Source of the DNA: Nonlabens sp.
GTDB lineage: Bacteria > Bacteroidota > Bacteroidia > Flavobacteriales > Flavobacteriaceae
DNA length: 64,000 nucleotides
NCBI GenBank assembly: GCA_049671565.1
Contig: JBATVD010000039.1
Coordinates: forward strand, 12,329-76,328
Reading direction: 5' to 3'
Shown: positions 1-8,878 of the stretch, piece by piece
Layout of the letters: each line of letters starts with the position of its first letter
Position numbering within the stretch: the stretch's first letter is position 1
Program-made: the position numbers and the translations under genes
The notes under the pieces: generated by a model
Seen by the model: the letters and a program-made list of their open reading frames with translations, nothing else
The model's database searches: none
What the model was told of the DNA's origin: nothing

Positions 1-468
1 AATGATCCCTTTGTTTGTCTTGATTTTCAGCGTCAAGTGGAGAAGGACTGTTGGGAGGCGGCAGGTAAAACACAGCGTGTTCCAGCACAGCGTATGGTTG
101 ATTTTATTGAAGGTCGCGTCTCTACCGATTTCCCTAAAACTTCTTATCAGCCCGGTTTAACGAGTGTTGATTTAAATGAGGTTCTACCTGATCTTATTGC
201 TTCCCGATTGAGAAAAGCTTTCGTGGCTTTCGGTAAAAAGATGAATGGTTTTTATACAAATACTGCGGTACTGCATGCCCCTGAAAGTCGAACGAGCTCG
301 CCAGTAGCGATTCCGAGAAATTCAGAAACCTTTGAGCATGTTGAAATTAAAGGTCTATATCCATGTGGCGAGGGTGCTGGGTATGCAGGAGGAATCATAA
401 GTGCAGGTATAGATGGGATCAATTGCATGGACAAGATTATAGAGAAATACGATCTCTATATTAAATAA
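1..468 (+). CDS. FAD-dependent dehydrogenase-like protein, C-terminal fragment (5' end outside window)
   Basis: The frame is open from base 1, upstream of the listed 37..468 ORF. The C-terminal motif PESRTSSP...GLYPCGEGAGYAGGI is typical of COG2509-type FAD-dependent proteins. Confidence 0.55.
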   Translation, partial: NDPFVCLDFQRQVEKDCWEAAGKTQRVPAQRMVDFIEGRVSTDFPKTSYQPGLTSVDLNEVLPDLIASRLRKAFVAFGKKMNGFYTNTAVLHAPESRTSSPVAIPRNSETFEHVEIKGLYPCGEGAGYAGGIISAGIDGINCMDKIIEKYDLYIK

Positions 469-496
469 TCACTTATGAAGCTAGTTACTCCAGTTT

Positions 497-667
497 TTAA
501 TTCAAACTGTCTTTATTAGAACGTTCTCTTTTTTTACGCTCTAGTGATTCTCTAAAATTTCTTTTTGAACGGTTTTTGATGCTCGTGTTGCGTCCCTTGT
601 TCCAAAACAAGAAAAACACAAAAGCCGCGATAACTCCACCTATGTATAACCAGTCTGTATAGTCCAA
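497..667 (-). CDS. possible small membrane protein (56 aa, TTG start), below the ORF-track size cutoff
   Basis: My own minus-strand translation gives (M)DYTDWLYIGGVIAAFVFFLFWNKGRNTSIKNRSKRNFRESLERKKRERSNKDSLN*. It has one hydrophobic helix followed by a very basic tail. It starts 9 nt after the stop of the sulfotransferase at 677..1450. Confidence 0.3.
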   Translation of the reverse strand: MDYTDWLYIGGVIAAFVFFLFWNKGRNTSIKNRSKRNFRESLERKKRERSNKDSLN

Positions 668-676
668 AATCCTATT

Positions 677-1450
677 CTATAATCGTTTGTTTAAGAATTT
701 GGAAGCCTTTTCATTTCTGTTTATCATATTGAACATTTTAAGTTTTGTAGGTAGAAAATTTATGCGCTCCAACTCTTTTGTAAATCTCTGATTTATGATT
801 TCATACAATTTCATGTCAATTTCATTTGTTTCTGTAATTGCCGAAATTAATTCTGGGCTTATCTCGCTCTGTTTGGATGTTTTATTTAAGCTCTTATAGA
901 ATATTTTATTCCAGTTATAGGTTTTGTGAAGTAAAATTAAGGATTCATCAAATCTTTCTTGAATTCCAACGAAATCAAAATGTTGATCAATGTTTTTCAA
1001 AGCTAGATCGAGCATTTTATCTTCGTTATGTGTGCCACTTAATTTTCTTGCCTGTCCATTTATGACATCAAAGTCCCTGATTTCAGTAATGCATTCAAGC
1101 AAAGTTCTATTTTGTACTGCGCTCAGCAGTCTATGTTCTTTTTGGCGTCGTATATAATTGTAAAATGATATGGTTCTTTCAATAGGATTACGGAGCATGG
1201 TTATGTACCTAAAATCTCTTTCAAAAATCTCGTGAATTCCGTAGTTGAAATGACCTTGAAGTAGATTGATTTTTGCAAGCTCTTCTTTCGGAGAGCTTTT
1301 TAATTCTTCCATGTTCCAAATACCAGATGAATTGTACCCCACCTGAAAAATATTTTCCTTATCATAATATTTGGAAAGTATGGACTTAAAAGTCGTTCCC
1401 GCATTTTTAGGGAGATGAAGAAATATTATATTTTTTTCAGACTTGGTCAT
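677..1450 (-). CDS. sulfotransferase family protein (PAPS-dependent, family-2-like)
   Basis: 257-aa ORF with a 5'-PSB-like motif (LHLPKNAGTTF) near the N-terminus and a 3'-PB-like motif (RNPIERTIS). Confidence 0.75.
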   Translation of the reverse strand: MTKSEKNIIFLHLPKNAGTTFKSILSKYYDKENIFQVGYNSSGIWNMEELKSSPKEELAKINLLQGHFNYGIHEIFERDFRYITMLRNPIERTISFYNYIRRQKEHRLLSAVQNRTLLECITEIRDFDVINGQARKLSGTHNEDKMLDLALKNIDQHFDFVGIQERFDESLILLHKTYNWNKIFYKSLNKTSKQSEISPELISAITETNEIDMKLYEIINQRFTKELERINFLPTKLKMFNMINRNEKASKFLNKRL

Positions 1451-1470
1451 AAAAAGTTTAATTTCAATGT

Positions 1471-2166
1471 TTATCGATCGTTCCTTACATCGCTCTCTAT
1501 AACCCCATCGCGTAATCGAATAACTCTATGGGCATGTTCTGCAATTTCTTCTTCGTGTGTTACTAGGATCACTGTATTGCCATCTGCATGAATTTTATCA
1601 AATAGAGTCATGATTTCTACTCCAGTCTTTGAGTCAAGATTCCCAGTAGGTTCATCAGCTAGTATGATGGAAGGGTTGTTTACCAATGCCCGACCTACCG
1701 CTACTCGCTGGCGCTGACCACCTGATAATTGATTGGGTTGGTGATCCATACGATCTGCAAGCCCCACACTCTCCAGTACTTCGGAAGCTCTCGCAACGCG
1801 ATCTTTTTTTGATTTGCCCGCATAGATCATGGGTAAAGCCACGTTATCCAATGCCGTGGTTCTAGGCAAAAGATTGAAGGTTTGAAATACAAAACCGATT
1901 TCGGTATTGCGTATATCGGCCAAGTTGTCATCGCTCAAGCTGGAAACATCAGTGCCATTGAGTCTATAACTACCCGCAGTAGGCGTGTCTAGGCAGCCTA
2001 GTAAATTCATAAAAGTGGATTTGCCGCTTCCCGATGGACCCATGAAAGCTACATAATCGCCGCGTTTAATATCCAAGTCTATTCCCTTGAGGACTTTTAC
2101 CGTTTCCTGACCTAACCTAAAATTACGCACGATACCGCGCACCTCGATAACATTTTCACTACTCAT
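1471..2166 (-). CDS. ABC transporter ATP-binding protein (LolD/MacB type), no adjacent permease
   Basis: Walker [10 protein letters not shown], signature LSGGQRQR, Walker [13 protein letters not shown]-loop VTHE. Confidence 0.85.
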   Translation of the reverse strand: MSSENVIEVRGIVRNFRLGQETVKVLKGIDLDIKRGDYVAFMGPSGSGKSTFMNLLGCLDTPTAGSYRLNGTDVSSLSDDNLADIRNTEIGFVFQTFNLLPRTTALDNVALPMIYAGKSKKDRVARASEVLESVGLADRMDHQPNQLSGGQRQRVAVGRALVNNPSIILADEPTGNLDSKTGVEIMTLFDKIHADGNTVILVTHEEEIAEHAHRVIRLRDGVIESDVRNDR

Positions 2167-2218
2167 GGTACTAAATTAATTGATCTCACTTTATTAGGAC
2201 GCTCGTTTGCAATTTAAG

Positions 2219-3010
2219 TTACAGGTAAATATGAAAGCATTGCTGTCTTTGCTCCTTGCGCAGAAACAAAAAACCCAAGTCATACGTATCGATAGAAGCG
2301 GTTACCTGGTCATTTCTTTTCAAGCATTCCCATGCTTCATTCATATCCCGCGACCAGTAAATATCATCCAGAATGAATACAGTCTCATTGTGCGCAAATG
2401 GCAAAAGCTGCTCAAAATAGGATAATGTAGCCTTACCGTCATGATGACCGTCTATATAGATAAGGTCATATTTACCCTCTGGTTTCAGGGAAGCTTTCCC
2501 CTCGAGGTAGTCTTGAAAAATACAGTTAGTAAGGTTTACATTTGAAATACTACACTGCTTCAAATTATTATGAGTGAAATCTGCCAATTGATGAGAACCC
2601 TCAATGGTAGTGATTTCCGCTTTGGGATTTGATAATGCAAAAGCTTGAGTCGCAATTCCCAAAGATGTGCCTAATTCCAAAATACGTTTTGCATTGAAAT
2701 AGCGAGCAACTCTAAAAAGGGTTTTAGCAGTTTTGAGGGAAGAACTATTATGCTTTAAAATTTTATTTATAGCTCGTTGGTCAGATTTAAAGACTCTACT
2801 TCCTGCACCATGGTCCTCAACGGTGAGTATGGTGTTGTTTTTTTTTAAGCTTTCGCGAAAGCGAGATAGTTTCAGATACTCTTCAAAATGATTACGATCT
2901 CTCAAGCATTTTTTTTCAAATTGAAAGACAAACGGCGAGTGAATACCGTGCAGGTGAAAGGACTTTGCGAGGTGTGAGAAGTAAGTTGATATTTGAAACT
3001 GTGCCTGCAT
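2219..3010 (-). CDS. class I SAM-dependent methyltransferase (O-methyltransferase-like)
   Basis: Motif I ILELGTSLGIATQ and DLIYIDGHHD, characteristic of Methyltransf_24-like proteins. The gene contains one palindrome copy (LSRFRESL). Confidence 0.7.
   Translation of the reverse strand: MQAQFQISTYFSHLAKSFHLHGIHSPFVFQFEKKCLRDRNHFEEYLKLSRFRESLKKNNTILTVEDHGAGSRVFKSDQRAINKILKHNSSSLKTAKTLFRVARYFNAKRILELGTSLGIATQAFALSNPKAEITTIEGSHQLADFTHNNLKQCSISNVNLTNCIFQDYLEGKASLKPEGKYDLIYIDGHHDGKATLSYFEQLLPFAHNETVFILDDIYWSRDMNEAWECLKRNDQVTASIDTYDLGFLFLRKEQRQQCFHIYL
2849..2862. repeat. iterated palindrome copy (14 bp GCTTTCGCGAAAGC) inside the methyltransferase CDS
   Basis: Read directly from the sequence; perfect self-complementarity. 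Confidence 0.95.
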
Positions 3011-3015
3011 GCGAG

Positions 3016-4896
3016 CTATCCCATTTTTTCACTGAACTCAAGCCATTCCATCTCGGTTTCTTCAAGATCTGCTTTCACTTTTTCCAGCTCTATGGAGTTT
3101 TCGGTCATTTGCTCTGGATCAATCCCAGGATCTAGAAAACTGTTTTGCAGCTTCTTTTTTTGCTCTTCCAGCTTTTTGATTTTGTTTTCCAGTCGGGAGA
3201 GGTTTTTCTGCTGCTCTCGGCTAGGTCCCGAGCTTGAGTCCTCCTTTTTAAGAGAAGGTTCTTTTGCTGTTGGGGTCTCTGTTTTCTTTGAAATATCCTT
3301 TTCTAGTGAAATGTCTGTTGATCCTACATAAGCTCTGAAATCGCTGTAATTGCCAGGGAAATCAGTAATATTTCCGGAGGTATTAAACACAAAGAGATGA
3401 TCTACGATCTTATCCATAAAATAACGATCGTGGCTCACTACAATAATACAACCGGGAAAATCCATCAAAAAGTTCTCCAGCACGTTGAGCGTGGGAATAT
3501 CCAGATCGTTAGTAGGTTCATCCAAAATCAGGAAGTTGGGATTTTGAATCAGTATCGTGCACAAATACAGTCTTTTGCGCTCACCACCACTAAGTTTCTC
3601 AACGAAATCATGTTTCTTTTTACTATCAAACATGAAACGTTCCAGTAGCTGGCTTGCGCTTATTATCTTTCCTTTAGTAAGAGGTATGTACTCTCCATAT
3701 TCCTTGATCACATCGATTACCTTCTGGCCAGGATTGATATTGATACCTTTTTGAGTGTAGTATCCTATTTTAACGGTCTCACCAGTCACGATCTTACCCG
3801 TATCAGGCGGTAGCATGCCTGTTAGAAGATTTAGGAAAGTGGATTTCCCAGTACCATTTTTACCAATGATGCCAACGCGCTCACCACGCAAAAAGTTATA
3901 GGAGAAGTTTTCAAAAAGAGTATTCTCGCCAAAGGATTTGCTGATTTTGTGCAGCTCCACAACCTTGGTACCCATGCGCTCCATATTGATCTCAAGCTCT
4001 ACTTTGTGATCCTTGCGTCTATTCATTGCCGCCTCCTTGATTTGATAAAAATCATCGATGCGAGATTTGGACTTTGTGGTGCGTGCCTTAGGCTGGCGAC
4101 GCATCCAATTCAGTTCTTTTTTATAAAGTTGTTGCGCTTTTTCTTGAGTGGTTTGCTCCAGTATAAGGCGTTCTTCTTTTTTCTCAACATAATAGGAGTA
4201 GTTTCCTTTGTATGAGTATAGCTGGCCGTTATCTAATTCTATAATTTCAGTGCATACGCGATCTAGAAAATACCGGTCGTGAGTGACCATGAGGATTGTG
4301 TAATCTTCTTGTTTAAAATAACTCTCCAGCCACTCTATCATTTCTAGATCGAGATGGTTGGTAGGTTCATCCATGATTAGAAGTTGTGGATCAGAAAGCA
4401 AAGCTATGGCCATTGCTACACGCTTTTTCTGGCCTCCACTCAAGGTTTTTATCTTGATCGAGAGGTCGTCCAGTCTCAGTTTGGTTAGGATCTGTTTGTA
4501 TTTAGTTTCAAAATCCCATGCATTTGCAGCATCCATGCGATCCAGCGCATCTTGCATCTCATCAGCATCGTCTGGATTTGCCATGGCTTTTTCATACTGA
4601 GTAATAAGCTTTAAGGTGGGGATGTCGCTGTCTAAAATTACCTCTTCCACCGTCAAATCAGGCGCAAGGTCAGGCTCTTGGCTCAAGTAAGCCATGCGCA
4701 GATCGTTGCGGTAACTTACTTTTCCATCATCAGGCTGTTCCTTACCAGTAATTATGTGGAGAAGGGAGGTTTTTCCTGAACCATTTTTGGCAACGAAGCC
4801 TATTTTTTGACCTTGATTAATACCAAGGGATATATTTTTGAAGAGATATTTTTCTGCAAAGCTTCGGGAAACATTTTCAACCGTTAGGTAGTTCAT
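3016..4896 (-). CDS. ABC-F family ATPase (two NBDs, charged coiled-coil C-terminus, Uup-like)
   Basis: Two Walker A motifs (AKNGSGKTS, GKNGTGKST), two signature motifs (LSGGQKKR, LSGGERKR), no TM domain, and a K/E-rich tail. Confidence 0.85.
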   Translation of the reverse strand: MNYLTVENVSRSFAEKYLFKNISLGINQGQKIGFVAKNGSGKTSLLHIITGKEQPDDGKVSYRNDLRMAYLSQEPDLAPDLTVEEVILDSDIPTLKLITQYEKAMANPDDADEMQDALDRMDAANAWDFETKYKQILTKLRLDDLSIKIKTLSGGQKKRVAMAIALLSDPQLLIMDEPTNHLDLEMIEWLESYFKQEDYTILMVTHDRYFLDRVCTEIIELDNGQLYSYKGNYSYYVEKKEERLILEQTTQEKAQQLYKKELNWMRRQPKARTTKSKSRIDDFYQIKEAAMNRRKDHKVELEINMERMGTKVVELHKISKSFGENTLFENFSYNFLRGERVGIIGKNGTGKSTFLNLLTGMLPPDTGKIVTGETVKIGYYTQKGININPGQKVIDVIKEYGEYIPLTKGKIISASQLLERFMFDSKKKHDFVEKLSGGERKRLYLCTILIQNPNFLILDEPTNDLDIPTLNVLENFLMDFPGCIIVVSHDRYFMDKIVDHLFVFNTSGNITDFPGNYSDFRAYVGSTDISLEKDISKKTETPTAKEPSLKKEDSSSGPSREQQKNLSRLENKIKKLEEQKKKLQNSFLDPGIDPEQMTENSIELEKVKADLEETEMEWLEFSEKMG

Positions 4897-5006
4897 ATTT
4901 TTAATGTAATAGATGCAAAAATAGAGGTTCTTTGTCCTTAAACGATCATTTGCGTGAACCTAAGCCCAAACTCTTGTAAAATTCTTTCTCAATGGATAGG
5001 AATGAT

Positions 5007-5014
5007 TAGTTTTG
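5007..5014 (+). promoter_or_regulatory. Bacteroidota-type -7 box (TAGTTTTG matches TAnnTTTG) upstream of cysQ
   Basis: The motif lies 17 nt upstream of the ATG at 5032, at the head of the plus-strand locus. I saw no convincing -33 TTTG. Confidence 0.4.
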
Positions 5015-5031
5015 CCATTTAAATTTCATTC

Positions 5032-5832
5032 ATGATATCAAATCTAGGAGAACTTGCAATCAAAGCATCTATTAAGGCGGGCGCTGCGATCATGGAAGTT
5101 TATAATAAAAATGAGGCAATAGTAGATAAAAAAGCGGATGACTCACCACTTACTCAAGCAGATCTCAATTCCAATGCGGTAATCATCGATTATCTCAAAA
5201 GTACCGACATTCCCGTAATTAGTGAAGAGATCAAAAATTCCGATTACTTAGCTCGAAAAGATTGGGAGAAGTGCTGGATCGTAGATCCAATGGATGGAAC
5301 CAAAGAATTTGTCAACCGCAATGGCGAATTCACCGTCAATATTGCCTTACTGGAGAATGGGAAACTGACTATGGGAGTGATTTACGCACCTGTGTTGAAG
5401 TCCCTCTATTTTACTAGTGAAGGTATGGCAGATGCTTTCAGAGCAACGGTAGATTGGGAAAAGGGAATGAGCGTCTCTGAGATTGTGAAAGAAGCTTCAG
5501 TTTTAAAGCAGCATTCAGATAAAAATTACCTCAAGGTAGTCGCTAGTAAATCTCACTTAAATCAAGAAACTAAAGATTACATTGATCAGCTGTCTAGAAG
5601 TGACGATCGAGAATTGCAAATTGTGTCTGTAGGTAGTTCGCTCAAATTTTGTTTGGTAGCAGAAGGAACTGCTGAGGTCTACCCTAGATTTGGTCCTACA
5701 ATGGAATGGGATACTGCGGCCGGACAAGCCATATGCGAGGCAGCAGGCGTTTCTGTAACTTCTTACAAAAATAATCTACCTTTGCAATATAATAAGGAGG
5801 ATTTATATAACCCATTTTTTATAGTCAATTAG
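5032..5832 (+). CDS. cysQ: 3'(2'),5'-bisphosphate nucleotidase (PAP phosphatase), inositol-monophosphatase fold
   Basis: Motifs ISEE, WIVDPMDGTKEF and WDTAAG are characteristic of the CysQ/IMPase family. The gene sits directly upstream of cysC/D/N. Confidence 0.8.
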   Translation: MISNLGELAIKASIKAGAAIMEVYNKNEAIVDKKADDSPLTQADLNSNAVIIDYLKSTDIPVISEEIKNSDYLARKDWEKCWIVDPMDGTKEFVNRNGEFTVNIALLENGKLTMGVIYAPVLKSLYFTSEGMADAFRATVDWEKGMSVSEIVKEASVLKQHSDKNYLKVVASKSHLNQETKDYIDQLSRSDDRELQIVSVGSSLKFCLVAEGTAEVYPRFGPTMEWDTAAGQAICEAAGVSVTSYKNNLPLQYNKEDLYNPFFIVN

Positions 5833-5834
5833 CA

Positions 5835-6083
5835 ATGGATGTTACAAGGAAAAGGCATATTGCCAAAACAATTACGTGGAGAGTAATTGCGAGCGTTACT
5901 ACTTTTGCATTGGCTTTTATCTTCTTCCAAGAAGATCCAGATGCAATCACTAAAGCTTCGGGTGTAGCTATAGCAGAGTCGATTATTAAAATGGTACTTT
6001 ATTATTATCATGAACGTTTCTGGTATAAGTCAAATTTTGGTATTGAGGGCGAAAGAACAACTGAGGATGAAGGGAAAAAATAA
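5835..6083 (+). CDS. DUF2061-like small membrane protein
   Basis: 82 aa with two predicted helices. The KTITWRV...YYYHERFW pattern matches my memory of the DUF2061 signature. Confidence 0.6.
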   Translation: MDVTRKRHIAKTITWRVIASVTTFALAFIFFQEDPDAITKASGVAIAESIIKMVLYYYHERFWYKSNFGIEGERTTEDEGKK

Positions 6084-6669
6084 TATTTTCGCCACAGATT
6101 ATACAACTGAACAGCAACTTCGCATTCAAGTAAAAAAACAGAAACCTGTTCTTTTGTGGTTTACTGGACTTTCAGGGTCTGGAAAATCTACCTTAGCTCA
6201 AGCAGTTGAGAAAGATCTGCTCCGTGAGGGTTACCATACGTTTGTTTTAGACGGAGATAATGTGAGAATGGGTTTAAATAAAGGTCTCGGTTTTTCAGAA
6301 GAAGATCGGTCTGAAAACCTTAGACGAATAGGTGAGGTAAGTAAACTAATGCTTGAAGCTGGTTTGATAGTTATAGGTACTTTTGTTTCACCATTATTAC
6401 ATCAGAGGGAAAAGGTAAGAGAAATAGTGGGAGCGTCTCGCTTTCGCGAAATTTTTATTAATACTCCCCTCGAAGAGTGCGAAAAAAGGGACGTTAAAGG
6501 ATTGTATAAGAAAGCTAGAGCTGGGGAGATTCCTAATTTCACTGGTGTTGATGCTAAATATGAGATGCCTTTGAATCCAGATATAGAGGTTTTTACCACG
6601 GGAAAATCTGTTGAAGATACATCAAAAGAATTAAAAAATAAATTAATACCGTTTATAAACAATGGATAA
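6010..6669 (+). CDS. cysC: adenylyl-sulfate (APS) kinase; true start probably the ATG at 6067
   Basis: P-loop WFTGLSGSGKSTLA, then LDGDNVR and KGLYKKARAGEIPNFTGVD. The 6067 start (MKGKNNIF) overlaps the DUF2061 stop by 17 nt. Confidence 0.9.
   Translation: MNVSGISQILVLRAKEQLRMKGKNNIFATDYTTEQQLRIQVKKQKPVLLWFTGLSGSGKSTLAQAVEKDLLREGYHTFVLDGDNVRMGLNKGLGFSEEDRSENLRRIGEVSKLMLEAGLIVIGTFVSPLLHQREKVREIVGASRFREIFINTPLEECEKRDVKGLYKKARAGEIPNFTGVDAKYEMPLNPDIEVFTTGKSVEDTSKELKNKLIPFINNG
6439..6451. repeat. partial palindrome copy (CGCTTTCGCGAAA) inside cysC
   Basis: The left arm and centre of the iterated palindrome are present, and the right arm is replaced by TTT. It encodes SRFRE. Confidence 0.6.
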
Positions 6670-7567
6670 GTATTATTTAGATTATCTAAGCGAATTAGAA
6701 TCAGAGGCTATATATGTTATCAGGGAGGTGTGGGCTCAGTTCAACAAGCCTGTAATTCTTTTTAGTGGAGGGAAGGATAGCATCTTGGTGACACATTTGG
6801 CTAAAAAAGCATTTTATCCGGCAAAAATACCATTTGCCTTAATGCATGTAGACACAGGTCATAATTTTCCCGAGACCATTGCTTTTAGAAATGACATTGC
6901 AGAAAAACTCGATGTAGAATTAATTGTTGCAAAAGTCCAAGATTCTATTGATAAAGGACGCGTTGCAGAAGAAAAAGGCAAAAATGCAACCCGAAATGCT
7001 TTGCAGATAACTACTCTTTTGGATGCTATTGAAGAAAATAAGATAGATTGTGCTCTAGGAGGTGCGAGACGAGACGAGGAGAAAGCACGAGCAAAAGAAA
7101 GATTTTTTTCACATAGAGATGATTTTGGTCAGTGGGATCCAAAAAATCAGCGTCCGGAATTATGGAATATTCTTAATGGAAATCATTTTGAGGGTGAACA
7201 TTTTAGAGCTTTTCCTATTAGTAATTGGACTGAGTTAGACGTCTGGAATTACATTCATAGAGAAAACATAGAGGTGCCGAGCCTATATCTAGCACATGAA
7301 CGTAAAATGGTTTGGAGAAATGATACGTGGTTACCTTATTCTGAATATTTACAAGATGTAAAGGAAGAAGATATTGTCACAAAAAAAGTTAGGTTTAGGA
7401 CTTTAGGAGATATCACCATAACAGGAGCCATAGAATCAGACTGTGATACTACCGAAAAAATTGCCCTTGAGGTGGCGTCAATGAAGATGACAGAAAGAGG
7501 AAACCGCAGTGATGATAAAAGATCAGAATCTGCAATGGAGGATAGAAAAAAACAAGGATATTTTTAG
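6662..7567 (+). CDS. cysD: sulfate adenylyltransferase subunit 2
   Basis: PAPS-reductase-fold PP motif FSGGKDS. The conserved C-terminus is GDITITGAIES...ERGNRSDDK...MEDRKKQGYF. Confidence 0.9.
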   Translation: MDKYYLDYLSELESEAIYVIREVWAQFNKPVILFSGGKDSILVTHLAKKAFYPAKIPFALMHVDTGHNFPETIAFRNDIAEKLDVELIVAKVQDSIDKGRVAEEKGKNATRNALQITTLLDAIEENKIDCALGGARRDEEKARAKERFFSHRDDFGQWDPKNQRPELWNILNGNHFEGEHFRAFPISNWTELDVWNYIHRENIEVPSLYLAHERKMVWRNDTWLPYSEYLQDVKEEDIVTKKVRFRTLGDITITGAIESDCDTTEKIALEVASMKMTERGNRSDDKRSESAMEDRKKQGYF

Positions 7568-7576
7568 GAAAACAAC

Positions 7577-8833
7577 ATGAATTTAGATAAAAATCAATTA
7601 TTACGCTTTACTACTGCTGGTAGTGTTGATGATGGAAAAAGTACTTTAATTGGAAGGTTATTATACGACTCTAAATCGATCTTTGAAGATCAAATAGATT
7701 CCATTAAGAACACAAGTTCTCAAAAAGGTCTTGAAGATATAGACCTTGCATTATTTACGGATGGTCTGAGAGATGAGCGGGAGCAAGGAATTACTATCGA
7801 TGTTGCTTATAGATACTTTACTACTCCAAAACGTAAATTTATTATTGCGGATACACCTGGGCATATTCAGTACACTAGAAACATGGTTACTGGTGCCTCT
7901 ACTGCAAATGCTGCCCTGATACTAATTGACGCAAGACATGGAGTCATTGAGCAAACTAAGCGCCACGCATTTATTGCAAGTCTATTGAATATACCACACA
8001 TAATTGTTTGTATCAATAAGATGGACTTAGTTGATTTTAGCGAAAGTGTTTATGAACAGATTATCCAAGATTTCAATGATTTTGCTTCTAAAATGCTAAC
8101 GCGTGACGTAGCTTTTATCCCCCTAAGTGCCTTACTTGGTGATAACGTGGTTAATAGAAGTGAAAATATGCCGTGGTATCAAGCGGCTCCGTTGCTCTAT
8201 ACACTGGAGCACCTTCATATAAGTAGCGATATCAATAAGATTGATGTACGCTTCCCTATTCAAACAGTTTTGAGGCCACAACGCAAAGGGTTTGAAGACT
8301 ATCGTGGATACGCAGGGAGACTCGGTAGCGGAGTGCTTAGAGTGGGCGATGCAGTTACAGCTCTTCCGTCTGGATTCACATCTAGAGTTAAGTCAATAAA
8401 TTCAGGTGATAAAGAAGTTCAAGAAGCATTTGCACCGATGTCAATAGCAGTAACGCTGGAAGATGATATCGATATCAGCAGGGGTGGTATGATAGTACGA
8501 ACTAACAATATGCCAGAGTCCAAGCAACAATTTGATGTTATGATATGCTGGCTTAACGAGAAACCATCTCAAATAAGAAAAAAATATAAAATCATTCATG
8601 CTAGCAACGAGCAGATCTCTATGATTGCTGATTGTGTTTACAAAATTGATATTGAAACCTTGAAACGAGATAGCAATGTGGTTGAGTTTAAAATGAATGA
8701 AATTGGTAGAGTAAGTCTTAAAACCAATAAGTCAATGATGATAGATAGCTATCGAGATAATAAGTTGACTGGAAGTTTAATACTCATAGATCCTGATACA
8801 AATGAGACTGTAGCCGCTGGTATGATAGTCTAA
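7577..8833 (+). CDS. cysN: sulfate adenylyltransferase subunit 1 (GTPase), no fused APS-kinase domain
   Basis: GTPase motifs GSVDDGKST, DTPGH and NKMD. At 418 aa it stops before any CysC-like domain. Confidence 0.9.
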   Translation: MNLDKNQLLRFTTAGSVDDGKSTLIGRLLYDSKSIFEDQIDSIKNTSSQKGLEDIDLALFTDGLRDEREQGITIDVAYRYFTTPKRKFIIADTPGHIQYTRNMVTGASTANAALILIDARHGVIEQTKRHAFIASLLNIPHIIVCINKMDLVDFSESVYEQIIQDFNDFASKMLTRDVAFIPLSALLGDNVVNRSENMPWYQAAPLLYTLEHLHISSDINKIDVRFPIQTVLRPQRKGFEDYRGYAGRLGSGVLRVGDAVTALPSGFTSRVKSINSGDKEVQEAFAPMSIAVTLEDDIDISRGGMIVRTNNMPESKQQFDVMICWLNEKPSQIRKKYKIIHASNEQISMIADCVYKIDIETLKRDSNVVEFKMNEIGRVSLKTNKSMMIDSYRDNKLTGSLILIDPDTNETVAAGMIV

Positions 8834-8860
8834 TTAATGTGGGCATGAGCTATATTGTAG

Positions 8861-8868
8861 TATATTTG
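8861..8868 (+). promoter_or_regulatory. -7 box (TATATTTG) upstream of the wza-like gene
   Basis: Matches TAnnTTTG and lies 17 nt upstream of the ATG at 8885. Confidence 0.4.
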
Positions 8869-8878
8869 CAAGCTTAAT

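Noticed and set aside
252-434. Many antisense or overlapping ORFs of 60-180 aa in the supplied track. Examples are 252-434(-), 838-1065(+), 2207-2425(+), 2993-3331(+), 3397-4600(+), 13309-14238(-), 15106-15987(-), 22152-22487(-), 38857-39237(-), 47821-48138(-), 49755-50058(-), 51373-51684(-), 52581-52877(-), 54015-54939(+), 56017-56553(-), 58333-59181(-), 59779-60084(-) and 61244-61552(-).
   Set aside because: Each lies wholly inside, and opposite or out of frame to, a longer ORF with clear family motifs. Their translations are low-complexity or Ser/Leu/Phe-rich, as expected for shadow frames of AT-rich genes.
6010-8833. cysC-cysD-cysN as an ordinary assimilatory sulfate-reduction operon.
   Set aside because: No cysH/I/J or sulfate transporter is adjacent. 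The genes sit between cysQ and the polysaccharide export genes and next to multiple sulfotransferases, so a donor-supply role fits better. A dual role cannot be excluded from sequence alone.
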